From a virus (Duplodnaviria > Caudoviricetes), in IMG/VR virus record IMGVR_UViG_3300010052_000075, positions 1 through 41,520 of that record: DNA of 41,520 nt; one strand, written 5' to 3'. Within the stretch, counting starts at the first letter, position 1; each line of letters opens with the position of its first letter. The position numbers and the translations under genes are program-made. The notes beneath the pieces are model-generated. The model was not told where the DNA came from and searched no databases. It saw only the letters and a program-made list of their open reading frames with translations. Below are positions 17,475-24,984 of the stretch, in pieces.

Positions 17475-18835
17475 GCCGCCAGCCTTTCAACGGCCCGGCC
17501 GTCTAGATGAGCTTTGACTGTTTCGATCCATTGGATCGCCGTTTCGAGGTCGAGGGCATTGCCGTAACCCCGCAGGAGCCCCACGCGGGCGGGAGCCGCA
17601 TGAGCCAGCGGGAATGTTCCGGGTTCAACTGCCCGCCACTTTCCATCTCGGCAGAAGAGCCAATCAGCATCTCCCCGGCTGCGGTTAGGCGCATGGGCGT
17701 CGCCTCGGCCGTCACCGATTGCAGGTCCCCGCCACCCGAAGCCGTCCGCCCAAGTTCCTGCTTGCGGGCCGCGCTCTCCGCGCCGCCGGTGATCGTTCGC
17801 GGGGTCAGATAGCCCGCCAGCTCCACGCAATTCGGAAGCTCGCTGTTCTTGTGCTCCGCTGCTCCCGCCCGGCCCCGCGAATCCGCTGCCATCGGGGTGG
17901 GCCACCCCGAGAGGAGGGCGACCGTTTTGCGGCTGCTGTCGTTGTTCCCGGCGGCGTTGTTGCCATTCTGCGCTGGCGTCCCGGCCATTGCCGTCGGCCA
18001 ACCCGTGAGCGGTGCCGTCTCCGATAGACCCATCATCCCTGGTCGGGGCGAAATCTCCCCGCGCTTGCCCCCATCGGCCGTCAATGTCGTCGGCCACCCG
18101 GCTAAGTGCGTCGCTACCGCGGTCAGGGTGTCCGCCTTGCCACGCCCCCAGCGCATCCCCGAGCTCTCCGAGTCCTCCGAGCGCGACGTCGGCCAGCCCG
18201 ACAAAATAGGCGCGCTGCCGGATGTGATGGCCGCCATGCTCGCCGCCAAGGTTGCGGCCAGCGAAGTCGGCAAAATCACGAAGAGCCCCGGCCACCACGG
18301 GATCGGGGCAAAGGTGTATGGCCCGAGATAGGCGCTCGCTCCAGACGCTTTCGCCGAAGGCTTCCAGCCCTGCGCCCGCAGCGCACAGATCGGCCGCCCC
18401 GAAGGCGTAGCCCGCTCTTTCCAGGTCAGACGATACAAGATCGATCCAGACCAAGGCATCTTTGCTCGCAACCTGCTCGCCAAGGATGACTGGAGGGCGA
18501 CGCTCGCCGATGAGCCAATGCCAGTCGGGCCAGAGGTGCCGCTCGTCGTCAAACCCATCGCCTTTGCCTGCCGCGCTGAAAGGCTGGCACGGGCAGGAGC
18601 CGGTCCAGACGGGGCGATCGTCGGCCCATCCGGCCGCGCGGAGGGCGAGGGGCCAGACGCCGATTCCGGCGAAGAAGTGGCACTGAGTAAATCCAGCAAG
18701 CTCGTCTGGTGCGATGTCACTGATTGACCTTTCGTCGACGACGCCGGGCGCGATATGGCCTTGCGCGATCAGCTCGAGCAGCCACGCCGCCGCTTTGGGG
18801 TCGTGCTCGTTGTAGAAGGCGAGGGGCGCGCTCAT
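17471..18835 (-). CDS. DNA (cytosine-5) methyltransferase, catalytic (alpha-like) frame
   Basis: FFAGIG (I), GSCPCQPFS (IV), GEQV (VI), HIRQR (VIII), LRGYGNA (X); YNE.DP motif II placed before motif I; low-complexity middle where the second frame carries the information. Confidence 0.9.
   Translation of the reverse strand: MSAPLAFYNEHDPKAAAWLLELIAQGHIAPGVVDERSISDIAPDELAGFTQCHFFAGIGVWPLALRAAGWADDRPVWTGSCPCQPFSAAGKGDGFDDERHLWPDWHWLIGERRPPVILGEQVASKDALVWIDLVSSDLERAGYAFGAADLCAAGAGLEAFGESVWSERLSRAIHLCPDPVVAGALRDFADFAGRNLGGEHGGHHIRQRAYFVGLADVALGGLGELGDALGAWQGGHPDRGSDALSRVADDIDGRWGQARGDFAPTRDDGSIGDGTAHGLADGNGRDASAEWQQRRREQRQQPQNGRPPLGVAHPDGSGFAGPGGSSGAQEQRASELRGAGGLSDPANDHRRRGERGPQAGTWADGFGWRGPAIGDGRGDAHAPNRSRGDADWLFCRDGKWRAVEPGTFPLAHAAPARVGLLRGYGNALDLETAIQWIETVKAHLDGRAVERLAA
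17503..18720 (-). CDS. Overprinted MTase partner polypeptide (beta-like; TRD-like GWPT repeats + motif IX-like LNP..RWLM.LP)
   Basis: 405 codons on the same strand in another frame; AAGG SD upstream; five L[SAT]G[WY][PL]T repeats and [18 protein letters not shown]. Confidence 0.75.
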   Translation of the reverse strand: MTSHQTSLLDLLSATSSPESASGPSPSARPDGPTIAPSGPAPARASLSARQAKAMGLTTSGTSGPTGIGSSASVALQSSLASRLRAKMPWSGSILYRLTWKERATPSGRPICALRAQGWKPSAKASGASAYLGPYTFAPIPWWPGLFVILPTSLAATLAASMAAITSGSAPILSGWPTSRSEDSESSGMRWGRGKADTLTAVATHLAGWPTTLTADGGKRGEISPRPGMMGLSETAPLTGWPTAMAGTPAQNGNNAAGNNDSSRKTVALLSGWPTPMAADSRGRAGAAEHKNSELPNCVELAGYLTPRTITGGAESAARKQELGRTASGGGDLQSVTAEATPMRLTAAGEMLIGSSAEMESGGQLNPEHSRWLMRLPPAWGSCGVTAMPSTSKRRSNGSKQSKLI

Positions 18836-18996
18836 TTCCGCCCCTCCGCATTGCAGATGACGCAGAAGCCCGGCCCCGCGCAGCCGATGATTGAGCCGTC
18901 AGGAGCGCGAAACAGGTGATGCAGGCGAACGCTCAGTTCGCGGCGCACGTAATCGCGCCGCATCTCGGTGCCGATCAAGGGCAGGCGGAACGTCAT
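18832..18996 (-). CDS. Small hypothetical protein (54 aa, C-terminal CxxC)
   Basis: Read manually MTFRLPLIGTEMRR...[17 protein letters not shown]; ATGA overlaps at both ends. Confidence 0.6.
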   Translation of the reverse strand: MTFRLPLIGTEMRRDYVRRELSVRLHHLFRAPDGSIIGCAGPGFCVICNAEGRK

Positions 18997-19586
18997 GCCG
19001 CCGCCTCGAATTTCGTCGTCTCGTTGCCCCAGACATCCCAGCCAGGTCGCGACTGGCGCGCGAAGAGTTCTACCAAGCGCGTGGCGCGTGGCATGATCCG
19101 TTCGCAGATTTCGTATTGCTCGTCGGGCTTGCGGCTATGCTCGCGCCGAACCGCGTCAATGGCATCGAGATCCTCGGTTTCGATGACGTTGCGAATGTTG
19201 TTCGCCGTCGCCGGGCTCCCCAATGTGCCGATAAGGTAAGGTTCGGTCGCGCTGCGAAGGACATAGCCGCATCCAAAGGCGGACTTCCCTCGCGGTGTGC
19301 GCTTATGCCAGGCGCCGCCGGTGACATAGCGAAAGCCCCAAGCACGAAGGAGATCAAGCGATTGCTCGAGCGAAGGCCAGCACGCCCACATCATCAACAC
19401 GCAGTCCCCCCGGCCGAGCTGCGACACGGGCATCGCGGCGAGTTCCTCCCACGTCATGGTAGGATAATGAGCATCGGGGCCCTTTCCGGCGCCCGCGGCC
19501 GAATAGGTTTCGAACCGCGTCGCCGGGTCCGCGAGGATCACGTCGTACGACAAAGGCGGTAGGGGGTCGAAAGGCCAAACGGTCAT
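18993..19586 (-). CDS. MT-A70 family N6-adenine methyltransferase
   Basis: YDVILADP, HYPTM, WGFRY, EPYLIG, REHSRKPD, LVELFARQSRPGWDVWGNE; catalytic motif reads DPAT. Confidence 0.9.
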   Translation of the reverse strand: MTVWPFDPLPPLSYDVILADPATRFETYSAAGAGKGPDAHYPTMTWEELAAMPVSQLGRGDCVLMMWACWPSLEQSLDLLRAWGFRYVTGGAWHKRTPRGKSAFGCGYVLRSATEPYLIGTLGSPATANNIRNVIETEDLDAIDAVRREHSRKPDEQYEICERIMPRATRLVELFARQSRPGWDVWGNETTKFEAAA

Positions 19587-20533
19587 CCCGCGCGCTCCGG
19601 CGGCCAAGGCAGCGCGGCGAGATTTTTCATCACCGTGCGGGGCTCGGACCAAAGCTTCGGCTCAGCCATGTCTTCCGACGGCGCCGAAGAGACGCTGAAG
19701 CGCGCCATGATCGAGGGAAGATCGGTCGGCAACTTCATGCGCGGGCCGAGCACGAGCGAGCGCTTGATTGCCTCGCAGCCCTCGCGGATCATCGCGGGCG
19801 ATGCCTGTTCGAACGCATCGGCAATGCCGGCGATCGCCTCGTCGGATGCGACATAGGGCGCGAGATACATGCTGACGATGGCGAAGCGCTCGGCAGCGCC
19901 GGGAAGGTCTATTTCGATCTGGAGCTGAAAGCGCCGCCAGATTGCGGGATCGATGCCCTTGGCGACGTTGGTCGCCGCGAAGAGGAGGCCGTCGTGCTGA
20001 TCGAACTCCTGGAGGAGCGCGATCGTGATGTTGGCAACCTCGTTATCGCACGCCTGATCGCCGAGCTTCTCGCGCGAGCGCGCCATCGCGTCGAACTCGT
20101 CGAAAAAGAGCGCGACGTCGTGGCCACCCCGGCGGGCCGCGCGGAAGAGCTTGCGGATATTGCTGCCCGTCCCGCCAAGCGAGCCGCTGATCATGGCGCT
20201 GGACTGGATGACGACCATCGGCACGCCCAGGCGCGCGGTGATATGGTGCGCCAACGTCGTCTTGCCGCAGCCGGGCGGGCCGGAGAGCAGGCATCGGCTG
20301 CGCGACTTCAGGCCAACGGCCTTCAGCTCGTCTTCGGCGTTCATTTCGAACAGCCATTGGTGCAGCGCGCCGCGGACGGGCGGCGTCAGGATCGGGGCCT
20401 CGGCGTCGCCCGGCATGACGATCACGCCATAGGCACCGAATTCCTTCTCGAGGTCGCCGCGAGAGGAGCCGGGGTCGCCCCTCAGCTCCTCCAGCGTCGT
20501 CGGCTCAATCCGTTCGGTTCGGCGGCGGCTCAT
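19583..20533 (-). CDS. AAA+ ATPase (classic clade, IetA-like)
   Basis: GPPGCGKT, FFDEFD, AATN, IDPAIWRRF. Confidence 0.9.
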   Translation of the reverse strand: MSRRRTERIEPTTLEELRGDPGSSRGDLEKEFGAYGVIVMPGDAEAPILTPPVRGALHQWLFEMNAEDELKAVGLKSRSRCLLSGPPGCGKTTLAHHITARLGVPMVVIQSSAMISGSLGGTGSNIRKLFRAARRGGHDVALFFDEFDAMARSREKLGDQACDNEVANITIALLQEFDQHDGLLFAATNVAKGIDPAIWRRFQLQIEIDLPGAAERFAIVSMYLAPYVASDEAIAGIADAFEQASPAMIREGCEAIKRSLVLGPRMKLPTDLPSIMARFSVSSAPSEDMAEPKLWSEPRTVMKNLAALPWPPERAG

Positions 20534-21297
20534 TCAGCGCCGCCGTCATCGCTGGCGCCATCGGCTGCCTTGCCCTTCTTCGGCTTCGGCTTGGGCTTCA
20601 GCGCGTCGGGAATCTCCATCCCGTCGCTGCCGAGCGCGGCGCACCACGCTTCGTCCCATGCCGCGCGACGCGGGTCGCGGGCGGGGAAGGGGTTCGACGT
20701 AACCGGCGCGCCGGCCGCGGCAGCATCGGCGCCCATGTGGCGGGCATCGTCGACCGTGGGCTCGGGCGCCGGCGGCTCGACCGGGGCCTCGCTGCCGTCG
20801 GGCTGGCGGAGCACCGTGCGGCGTCCGGCGCTGTCGGGGGCCGAGACGATGCCGACGGCCTCCATCTGCTCGATCAGGCGGGCAGCAGGGTTGTATGCGA
20901 TCTTGAAGTGGCGCTGAAGCGCGGACACCGATGCATTCTGCGAGGAAACGACATAGGCGATCGCGTCGTCGAGGTCGATTTCGGGGCTGGCAATTTCGGC
21001 GTCGGCCTCATCTTTGTCGAGCCGCTCCAGCGCCCACCGGCCGAGCGGCGTGCCGTCCAGCATGCCGAGCGCGGCCTTGTACGTGTCGAGCAGCGCCTCG
21101 CGCTCGCGGCGCTCGTGCGGATCCATCGCGCGGAGCTTGATGATTTCCTTGATCGTCTTCGTGTCGAAGCCCTGCGACTTCGCTTCGAGGAAAACGTCGC
21201 GGATATCGTCCGCGATGTTCTTCTTCTCCTCGGTGAGTCGCTCTACCCGCTCGACGAACAGGCGCAGTTGTTCGGACGCAATGGCACCTTCTGCCAT
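20530..21297 (-). CDS. GapR/DUF2312 - FtsK gamma - Rmf-like fusion protein
   Basis: aa1-80 EQLRLFVERVERLTEEKK...AKSQGFD..LLDTYKAALGM; middle ASVSALQRHFKIAYNPAARLIEQMEAVGIVS; C-term NPFPARDPRRAAWDEAW; AAGGAG SD. Confidence 0.85.
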   Translation of the reverse strand: MAEGAIASEQLRLFVERVERLTEEKKNIADDIRDVFLEAKSQGFDTKTIKEIIKLRAMDPHERREREALLDTYKAALGMLDGTPLGRWALERLDKDEADAEIASPEIDLDDAIAYVVSSQNASVSALQRHFKIAYNPAARLIEQMEAVGIVSAPDSAGRRTVLRQPDGSEAPVEPPAPEPTVDDARHMGADAAAAGAPVTSNPFPARDPRRAAWDEAWCAALGSDGMEIPDALKPKPKPKKGKAADGASDDGGAE

Positions 21298-21356
21298 AGT
21301 CGTTGCTCCTTCAGGCGCGCCCGACGGGCGCTATGGTGGTTTTGGGAGGATCGCCG

Positions 21357-21827
21357 TCAGTGCGGCGCTGAACCGCCCCCCGCGATGGAATTGATGGCCG
21401 GCAGCTCCTCCGCTGCGACTTTGGCGATGACGAGCAGATCGCCATGATCGATGTGGCCATCTTCGTTCGCGTCGGCGATCGCGCTGGCGATGCGGGCCGC
21501 AGCGCGACCCGCGCGGCGCACCGTCGCGGCCTCGTCGACCTCCATCGGCGCCGTGCTGAAACCCATGCGGCTCGCGACGCGCTGGAAGGCGGCGGGCGGC
21601 AGGGCAGCGAAGATGCGCATGAAGACGTCGGCAGGCATCATCGGCGCGTTGGCGTCGGTGTAGCTGCGCAGGCGGCGCTCCCACGTCCTCAGGTCGCCTT
21701 CACCGTCGAAGGTGGCCTCGGCCAGCTCGGCGAAGGAGAAGCGCTTGGCGTGCCCGACATACAGCCGGAGCGTGTCGCCCAGCAGCATTTTTACAGCCGG
21801 AGTGGAAAATTGACCAATTAATTCCAT
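21357..21827 (-). CDS. Phage regulatory protein (CII-like)
   Basis: Position after cro; HTH-like N-part and C-terminal ADANEDGHIDH motif typical of CII/YmfL-like proteins. Confidence 0.55.
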   Translation of the reverse strand: MELIGQFSTPAVKMLLGDTLRLYVGHAKRFSFAELAEATFDGEGDLRTWERRLRSYTDANAPMMPADVFMRIFAALPPAAFQRVASRMGFSTAPMEVDEAATVRRAGRAAARIASAIADANEDGHIDHGDLLVIAKVAAEELPAINSIAGGGSAPH

Positions 21828-21883
21828 TGGTTAGCCCCCGTAGTTGGTGCATCTGTTCCGCATGGAACAGGGAAAAATTCAGA

Positions 21884-21966
21884 CGCGCGGCGGGGAAACC
21901 CAGGAGAGGGGTGAGCCTCCCCGCCGCACGCTCCCGGGGCACGGGGGGGGATTGCACCCCGGAAGC
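21884..21966 (-). terminator. Twin GC hairpins with C-rich loops downstream of cro (tR1-like or sRNA)
   Basis: 13-bp and 19-bp stems with G-U pairs on minus strand, followed by AATTTTT. Confidence 0.5.
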
Positions 21967-21981
21967 TCGGAGAAACTTGCA

Positions 21982-22242
21982 TCAGGCCGCCACCTTCGGG
22001 CGCAGGCCGCAGTCGGCGCGGATGCACGAGGTGCAGGCCGGGTCGTCGGCGCGCAGCTCGCAGGCGCCGCACGTGGCGACGTGGGCCGCGATGATGGCTT
22101 GGAGGGCAAGCTCGGTTCGCTTGTCGATCGCGAGCGCGCCCGTCTCGAATTTGGAGATGGTGGACTGATCGAGGCCGAGGCGTTCGCCCAACTCGATCTG
22201 CGTAAGGCCCAGCTGGCGCCGAATGTCTCGGAGGTTGTCCAT
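21982..22242 (-). CDS. Cro-like HTH protein with C-terminal Cys cluster
   Basis: LRDIRRQLGLTQIELGERLGLDQSTISKFETG; divergent from cI; apparently leaderless. Confidence 0.85.
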   Translation of the reverse strand: MDNLRDIRRQLGLTQIELGERLGLDQSTISKFETGALAIDKRTELALQAIIAAHVATCGACELRADDPACTSCIRADCGLRPKVAA

Positions 22243-22250
22243 GAGCACCG

Positions 22251-22339
22251 CTGATATTCTCACAGGAATAAATATGCAAGCAAGAATATTCCCGCAGGCA
22301 TTAGAATTGTCGGAGAAGGTGAATTATGCCTCAGGCATG
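22251..22339. promoter_or_regulatory. Right operator/promoter region (OR, PR)
   Basis: Operators TATTCTCACAGGAATA 22255-22270, TATTCCCGCAGGCATT 22287-22302, variant TATGCCTCAGGCATG 22325-22339; minus-strand TTGCAT-17-TATCAG 8 nt before cro ATG. Confidence 0.7.
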
Positions 22340-23023
22340 TCGCAAACCGTGCTCGCGCAGAACATCGTCGCCCTTCGACAGCACCTTGGCTTGAAGCAGG
22401 GGCCGTTCGCGGAGCTCGTCGGCACCCAGCAATCGAATATCTCGAAATGGGAAGGTGGCACCGTCCCCGAGGGGCGCAATTACGCGATGCTCGCCTACAT
22501 CGCCGGCGCGCATCCCGACGAGTTCTACGATCAGCCGTGGACGCCGCCGAAGGAACCCGGCCGATCGAAGCCAGGCGCGATGACGACCGACGATCTTGCG
22601 GAGGAGCTCGGACTAGCGCTGATCGACGAAGTGGATCTCGCGCTCGGGATGGGCGCGACCTATCTGGACGCCACGCCAGAGGTGAAGGGCCGCGCGCCGT
22701 TTCGGCTGGAGTGGCTGCGGGGCCTGTATGACGGCCCGGTCGAGGCGCTCAAGGTCGTGCAGGGGCGCGGCGACAGCATGGAGCCGACAATTCGCGATGG
22801 CGATATCGTACTGATCGACACCTCGTCGCGGCGCCTCGATGATCAGGATCTGATCTGGGCGGTCAGTTATGGCGACCTTGGCATGATCCGGCGCCTCCGC
22901 CGCCTGCCTTCAGGCGCGCTGCTCATGTCGCCCGACAATCCCGTTGTCCGGCCGACCGAGGCGCATGATGGCGAATGCCATATCATGGGGCGGGTGATTT
23001 TCATCGGCCGCCGGATGGGATAG
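22337..23023 (+). CDS. CI-like repressor (XRE HTH + S24 peptidase domain)
   Basis: LRQHLGLKQGPFAELVGTQQSNISKWEGG; GDSMEPTIRDGDIVLID; SPDNP; IMGRVI; start re-called at 22337. Confidence 0.92.
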   Translation: MSQTVLAQNIVALRQHLGLKQGPFAELVGTQQSNISKWEGGTVPEGRNYAMLAYIAGAHPDEFYDQPWTPPKEPGRSKPGAMTTDDLAEELGLALIDEVDLALGMGATYLDATPEVKGRAPFRLEWLRGLYDGPVEALKVVQGRGDSMEPTIRDGDIVLIDTSSRRLDDQDLIWAVSYGDLGMIRRLRRLPSGALLMSPDNPVVRPTEAHDGECHIMGRVIFIGRRMG

Positions 23024-23036
23024 AGCTTGGCCGGCT

Positions 23037-23420
23037 ATGCTGGCGCAGATCACGCTCCCGATCGTTGGTATCGACTTCCCGAACAAGAGCGGTCCCGCGC
23101 GTCGGTTCGGCATCGAGCTGCTCCAGCCGGGCGATCGGGTAAAACTGCGGGCCGAGCCGAAAAATCCCTATGACGAGAATGCGGTCGCGGTCTTCACGAC
23201 GACCGATATCCAGCTCGGCTATCTGCCTGCCAATCGTGCGCCCTATGTCGGTCAGCAGATCCGGCGCGGCGAGGTGAAGGCTATCTTTCAGGGCGCGGGT
23301 GGCCGCGGCTATTTCGTGAGGATTGCATTCGGTGGCGAGGATCCGGTGTTGCCGCCGGCGCCCGATGCGTCGGACGAGCCCGCGGATTGGTACCCCGACG
23401 AGATATTCCCCGACGACTAG
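23037..23420 (+). CDS. HIRAN domain protein
   Basis: IVGIDF...L.PGD.V.LRAEPKNPYDENAVAV...QLGYLP. Confidence 0.88.
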   Translation: MLAQITLPIVGIDFPNKSGPARRFGIELLQPGDRVKLRAEPKNPYDENAVAVFTTTDIQLGYLPANRAPYVGQQIRRGEVKAIFQGAGGRGYFVRIAFGGEDPVLPPAPDASDEPADWYPDEIFPDD

Positions 23421-23728
23421 GCCGCGGCGGGCAGGGCGTCGCCGCCACCGTGCGCCATCATCTCCACCATCAGGCTTTGACGCATCTCGGCGCGCTTCTC
23501 TCGGAGCATGCCGGGGATGAGGAAGGCGTCGATGATGACCCAGATGAAGCCGACGATCAGGAAATAGGAGATGATCTGCAGAATCGCGCTGGCCGGGCGG
23601 CCGAGGTAAAAGCGGTGCCCGCTAACGAACCACAGAAAGAACCACAGCACATAGGCGATCGCCGTGCTGGGGCCGTCGTTCGTGACCCGCTGCTCGACCA
23701 GCATCATCTGATTCGTGGAAAGCGCCAT
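23417..23728 (-). CDS. TM2 domain membrane protein
   Basis: STAIAYVLWFFL...GHRFYLG...IW.IIDAFLIP; start re-called at 23728. Confidence 0.85.
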   Translation of the reverse strand: MALSTNQMMLVEQRVTNDGPSTAIAYVLWFFLWFVSGHRFYLGRPASAILQIISYFLIVGFIWVIIDAFLIPGMLREKRAEMRQSLMVEMMAHGGGDALPAAA

Positions 23729-23819
23729 CTTCGATCCCCTGTCCCTTTGCGGTGACAATAGACGGCTCGCGATAGCAATCCAAGGATTTGCGGTTGCGCG
23801 GGGTCGGTTGGAGCAGGAA

Positions 23820-23871
23820 TATTCCTAGAAGCATTTTTATGCTTGATAATATTCCTATGGGCATATAGTGA
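23820..23871 (+). promoter_or_regulatory. Left operator/promoter (OL, PL)
   Basis: TATTCCTAGAAGCATT 23820-23835 and TATTCCTATGGGCATA 23850-23865 match OR consensus; TTGATA-17-TAGTGA. Confidence 0.7.
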
Positions 23872-23898
23872 GGCTGCGTCACCACGACGGAGCCTTCG

Positions 23899-24036
23899 AT
23901 GAAAACCGCCCGCGAACATCCCGACACCGCTGAGGTCGCATTTCCGCTCGTGCTGGCGCGCATCGCCTGCGCGTTTGCGGTGGCGACCATCCTCGTTCCC
24001 GCGCTGGCGGCGGCGGTGCGGGCGGTGCTCCTGTGA
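23899..24036 (+). CDS. Small hydrophobic early protein (45 aa)
   Basis: Read manually MKTAREHPDTAEVAFPLVLARIACAFAVATILVPALAAAVRAVLL; GGAG SD; GTGA overlap. Confidence 0.55.
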   Translation: MKTAREHPDTAEVAFPLVLARIACAFAVATILVPALAAAVRAVLL

Positions 24037-24659
24037 GCGGCCTATCATTCCCCATTTCGGCGGCGTTGGCCGCCAAGGCGCACCGGCTCGCGAAATCTGG
24101 CATCCGGGGCAAGGCGGCGGCCGAGAAGCTGGGCCGTGGCATCGCGACCGATGAAGCGATCTTGCTGGCCAACGTTGGCTATCTCAACGAACGGGACCGC
24201 GACGCACGCCTGACGGTGAACGAAATCAAGGTGCTGACCGGGCTGCTGCGCATGGAGCGCCAGCGCCGCGCGATGGGCATGACGGGCTCGATCAAGGCAT
24301 GGATGCTTTCGCGCCCCACCGGATTGACGGCAAGCCAGATTCGGCGCGCGACCAAGCGCCTGGACATCGGCGAAATTCGTTCGCGGGGCTGGGGCCTGCT
24401 TGAGCACAGCCGTAACGGGCATATCTGGTTGAACGAAAGCGGCATCGCCGTGGCCAACATGCTCCTCCTGCTCGACACGCCAACGCGGACACTCGACGCT
24501 GCTGGCGACATGCTTGCGGCGCTGGCCGGCCTTATGCCGACCAATCTCGGCGCTCTGCCCGCAAGTCTGGCCGATGCCGATATAGTCCCGCTCGATGTCA
24601 CCGTCGGCGAGTTGCGGCGCGCGTTCGCTGCCATCGCAAAGGCGGGAGGCGCGGCATGA
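24033..24659 (+). CDS. Hypothetical early protein (possible winged HTH)
   Basis: 208 aa coupled ORF; TGLTASQIRRATKRL...GLL. Confidence 0.6.
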   Translation: MSGLSFPISAALAAKAHRLAKSGIRGKAAAEKLGRGIATDEAILLANVGYLNERDRDARLTVNEIKVLTGLLRMERQRRAMGMTGSIKAWMLSRPTGLTASQIRRATKRLDIGEIRSRGWGLLEHSRNGHIWLNESGIAVANMLLLLDTPTRTLDAAGDMLAALAGLMPTNLGALPASLADADIVPLDVTVGELRRAFAAIAKAGGAA

Positions 24660-24775
24660 GCGACCCCAGCCGCCACATGCCCCGCCTGGGCTGGCCCTTC
24701 ATCGTGGCGCTAACGCTGATCGCGTGGCTCGTGCTTAACCTCCCGGCGATCACGCTGACGCTGGTGCTGCGATGA
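24656..24775 (+). CDS. Small membrane peptide (39 aa)
   Basis: Read manually MSDPSRHMPRLGWPFIVALTLIAWLVLNLPAITLTLVLR; GGAGG SD; ATGA overlaps. Confidence 0.55.
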   Translation: MSDPSRHMPRLGWPFIVALTLIAWLVLNLPAITLTLVLR

Positions 24776-24984
24776 TGGCGCCGTTCTACATCGTGTGGAA
24801 CCCCGAGGGGCCGCACGCGCCGAAGTTTCGGCACGAGAGCTTCGAGGCGGCGCGCGCCGAGGCCGAGCGCCTGGCGCTGGCCCATCCCGGCGATGAATTC
24901 TTCGTCATGGAATCGCACTCGCGCAGCACGACGACGAGGCCGGTCGAAACCGTGTATTACGACACCGACGGGATTCCCTTCTGA
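24772..24984 (+). CDS. Conserved phage hypothetical protein
   Basis: FYIVWNP.G...P...H.S...A..EAERLA..HPG.EFFV pattern; DGIPF tail. Confidence 0.7.
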   Translation: MMAPFYIVWNPEGPHAPKFRHESFEAARAEAERLALAHPGDEFFVMESHSRSTTTRPVETVYYDTDGIPF

